Below are positions 63,320-64,000 of a stretch of 64,000 bases of DNA, piece after piece. Numbering within the stretch: the first letter of the stretch is position 1; every line of letters begins with the position of its first letter. Below the pieces are notes generated by a model. That model was not told the origin of the DNA. It worked only from the letters and a program-made list of their open reading frames with translations, and searched no databases. Both the position numbers and the translations under genes were made by a program. This DNA comes from Scyliorhinus canicula (Eukaryota): NCBI RefSeq assembly GCF_902713615.1, contig NC_052149.1, positions 63,229,443 through 63,293,442 of the forward strand. Direction: 5' to 3'.

Positions 63320-63815
63320 AGACATTAAGAAATACGAGCAGGAGTAGGCCATTCAGCCCTTCAAACCCGTTCCACTATTCAATGAAATCTTCAACTTAAA
63401 CATAATTTTCTTCACATCCCCATGTCCCTTGATGTTTTTAATATGTAGAAATCTGTCAATCTCAGTCTTGAACATACTCACCCATTGAACCTCCATAACA
63501 GATTGAAAATTCTAAATATTCGTTGCCTACTGACTGCAGAAATTCTTCCTCATCTCAGTCTTCAATGACCACCCTCTTATTTTGAGACTGTGTTCCTTGG
63601 TTCTAAACTTCCCCGGCCAGGAGGGACATCTTCCTGCATCTGCCCTGTCAAGCCTTGTTAAGAATTTTATATGTGTGAATGAGATCACCTCTCATTCTTC
63701 TGCACTCCAGAGAATAAAGGCCCAGTCTATTTGATCTTTCCCCTTAGGACGATCCCTCCATCCCAGGAATTAATTCAATCAATCCTTGTGGCACTCCTTC
63801 TGTGGCAAATATATC
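63320..63815 (-). mobile_element. CR1 LINE 3' fragment
   Basis: gagcaggagtaggccattcagccc tail; ORF2 end similar to 6964-7477. Confidence 0.8.
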
Positions 63816-64000
63816 TTTGCGTGGGTCGGTCTTTGAAATCACAGCTTACTTTATATCAGACATCTGAGAGGTGGAGTTCACCTTTGAAATCAGAACTTCA
63901 TGCAAGTGTTCTACTGTCCCCAGCTTTGTAAAACTTAAATTCACTTAAACAACCTTGATATGGGGCAACAGTTTTCCTTTTAAGCCCAAAAAAAACTGGG

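Overview
Repeat-saturated eukaryotic DNA, most likely from an elasmobranch (shark) genome. This is inferred from HE1-type V-SINEs plus CR1, Rex1/Babar, RTE, L2, Penelope and L1 LINE fragments. I recognise no host protein-coding exon, RNA gene or CRISPR array; nearly all long ORFs are decayed transposon coding sequence or GC-rich noise. Main structures: (i) a near-complete but frameshifted minus-strand Gypsy element (50362-54930, TSD GCCCT) with no tRNA PBS but a perfect 16-nt complement to its own LTR, suggesting self-priming, plus a 42-bp tandem array carrying YY1-like motifs; (ii) a four-level nested insertion stack (9468-18931): Harbinger derivative > Gypsy > MITE, SINEs, solo LTR and a non-autonomous LTR element > solo LTR; (iii) a decayed two-gene PIF/Harbinger transposon (45520-49630; Myb/SANT gene on +, HARBI1-like transposase on -) with many MITE derivatives; (iv) local rearrangements: a tail-to-tail SINE palindrome, a MITE carrying a copy of nearby DNA, and an inverted templated duplication. 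Family names come from motif recognition, not database searches. Coordinates are exact where TSDs are quoted and approximate otherwise.
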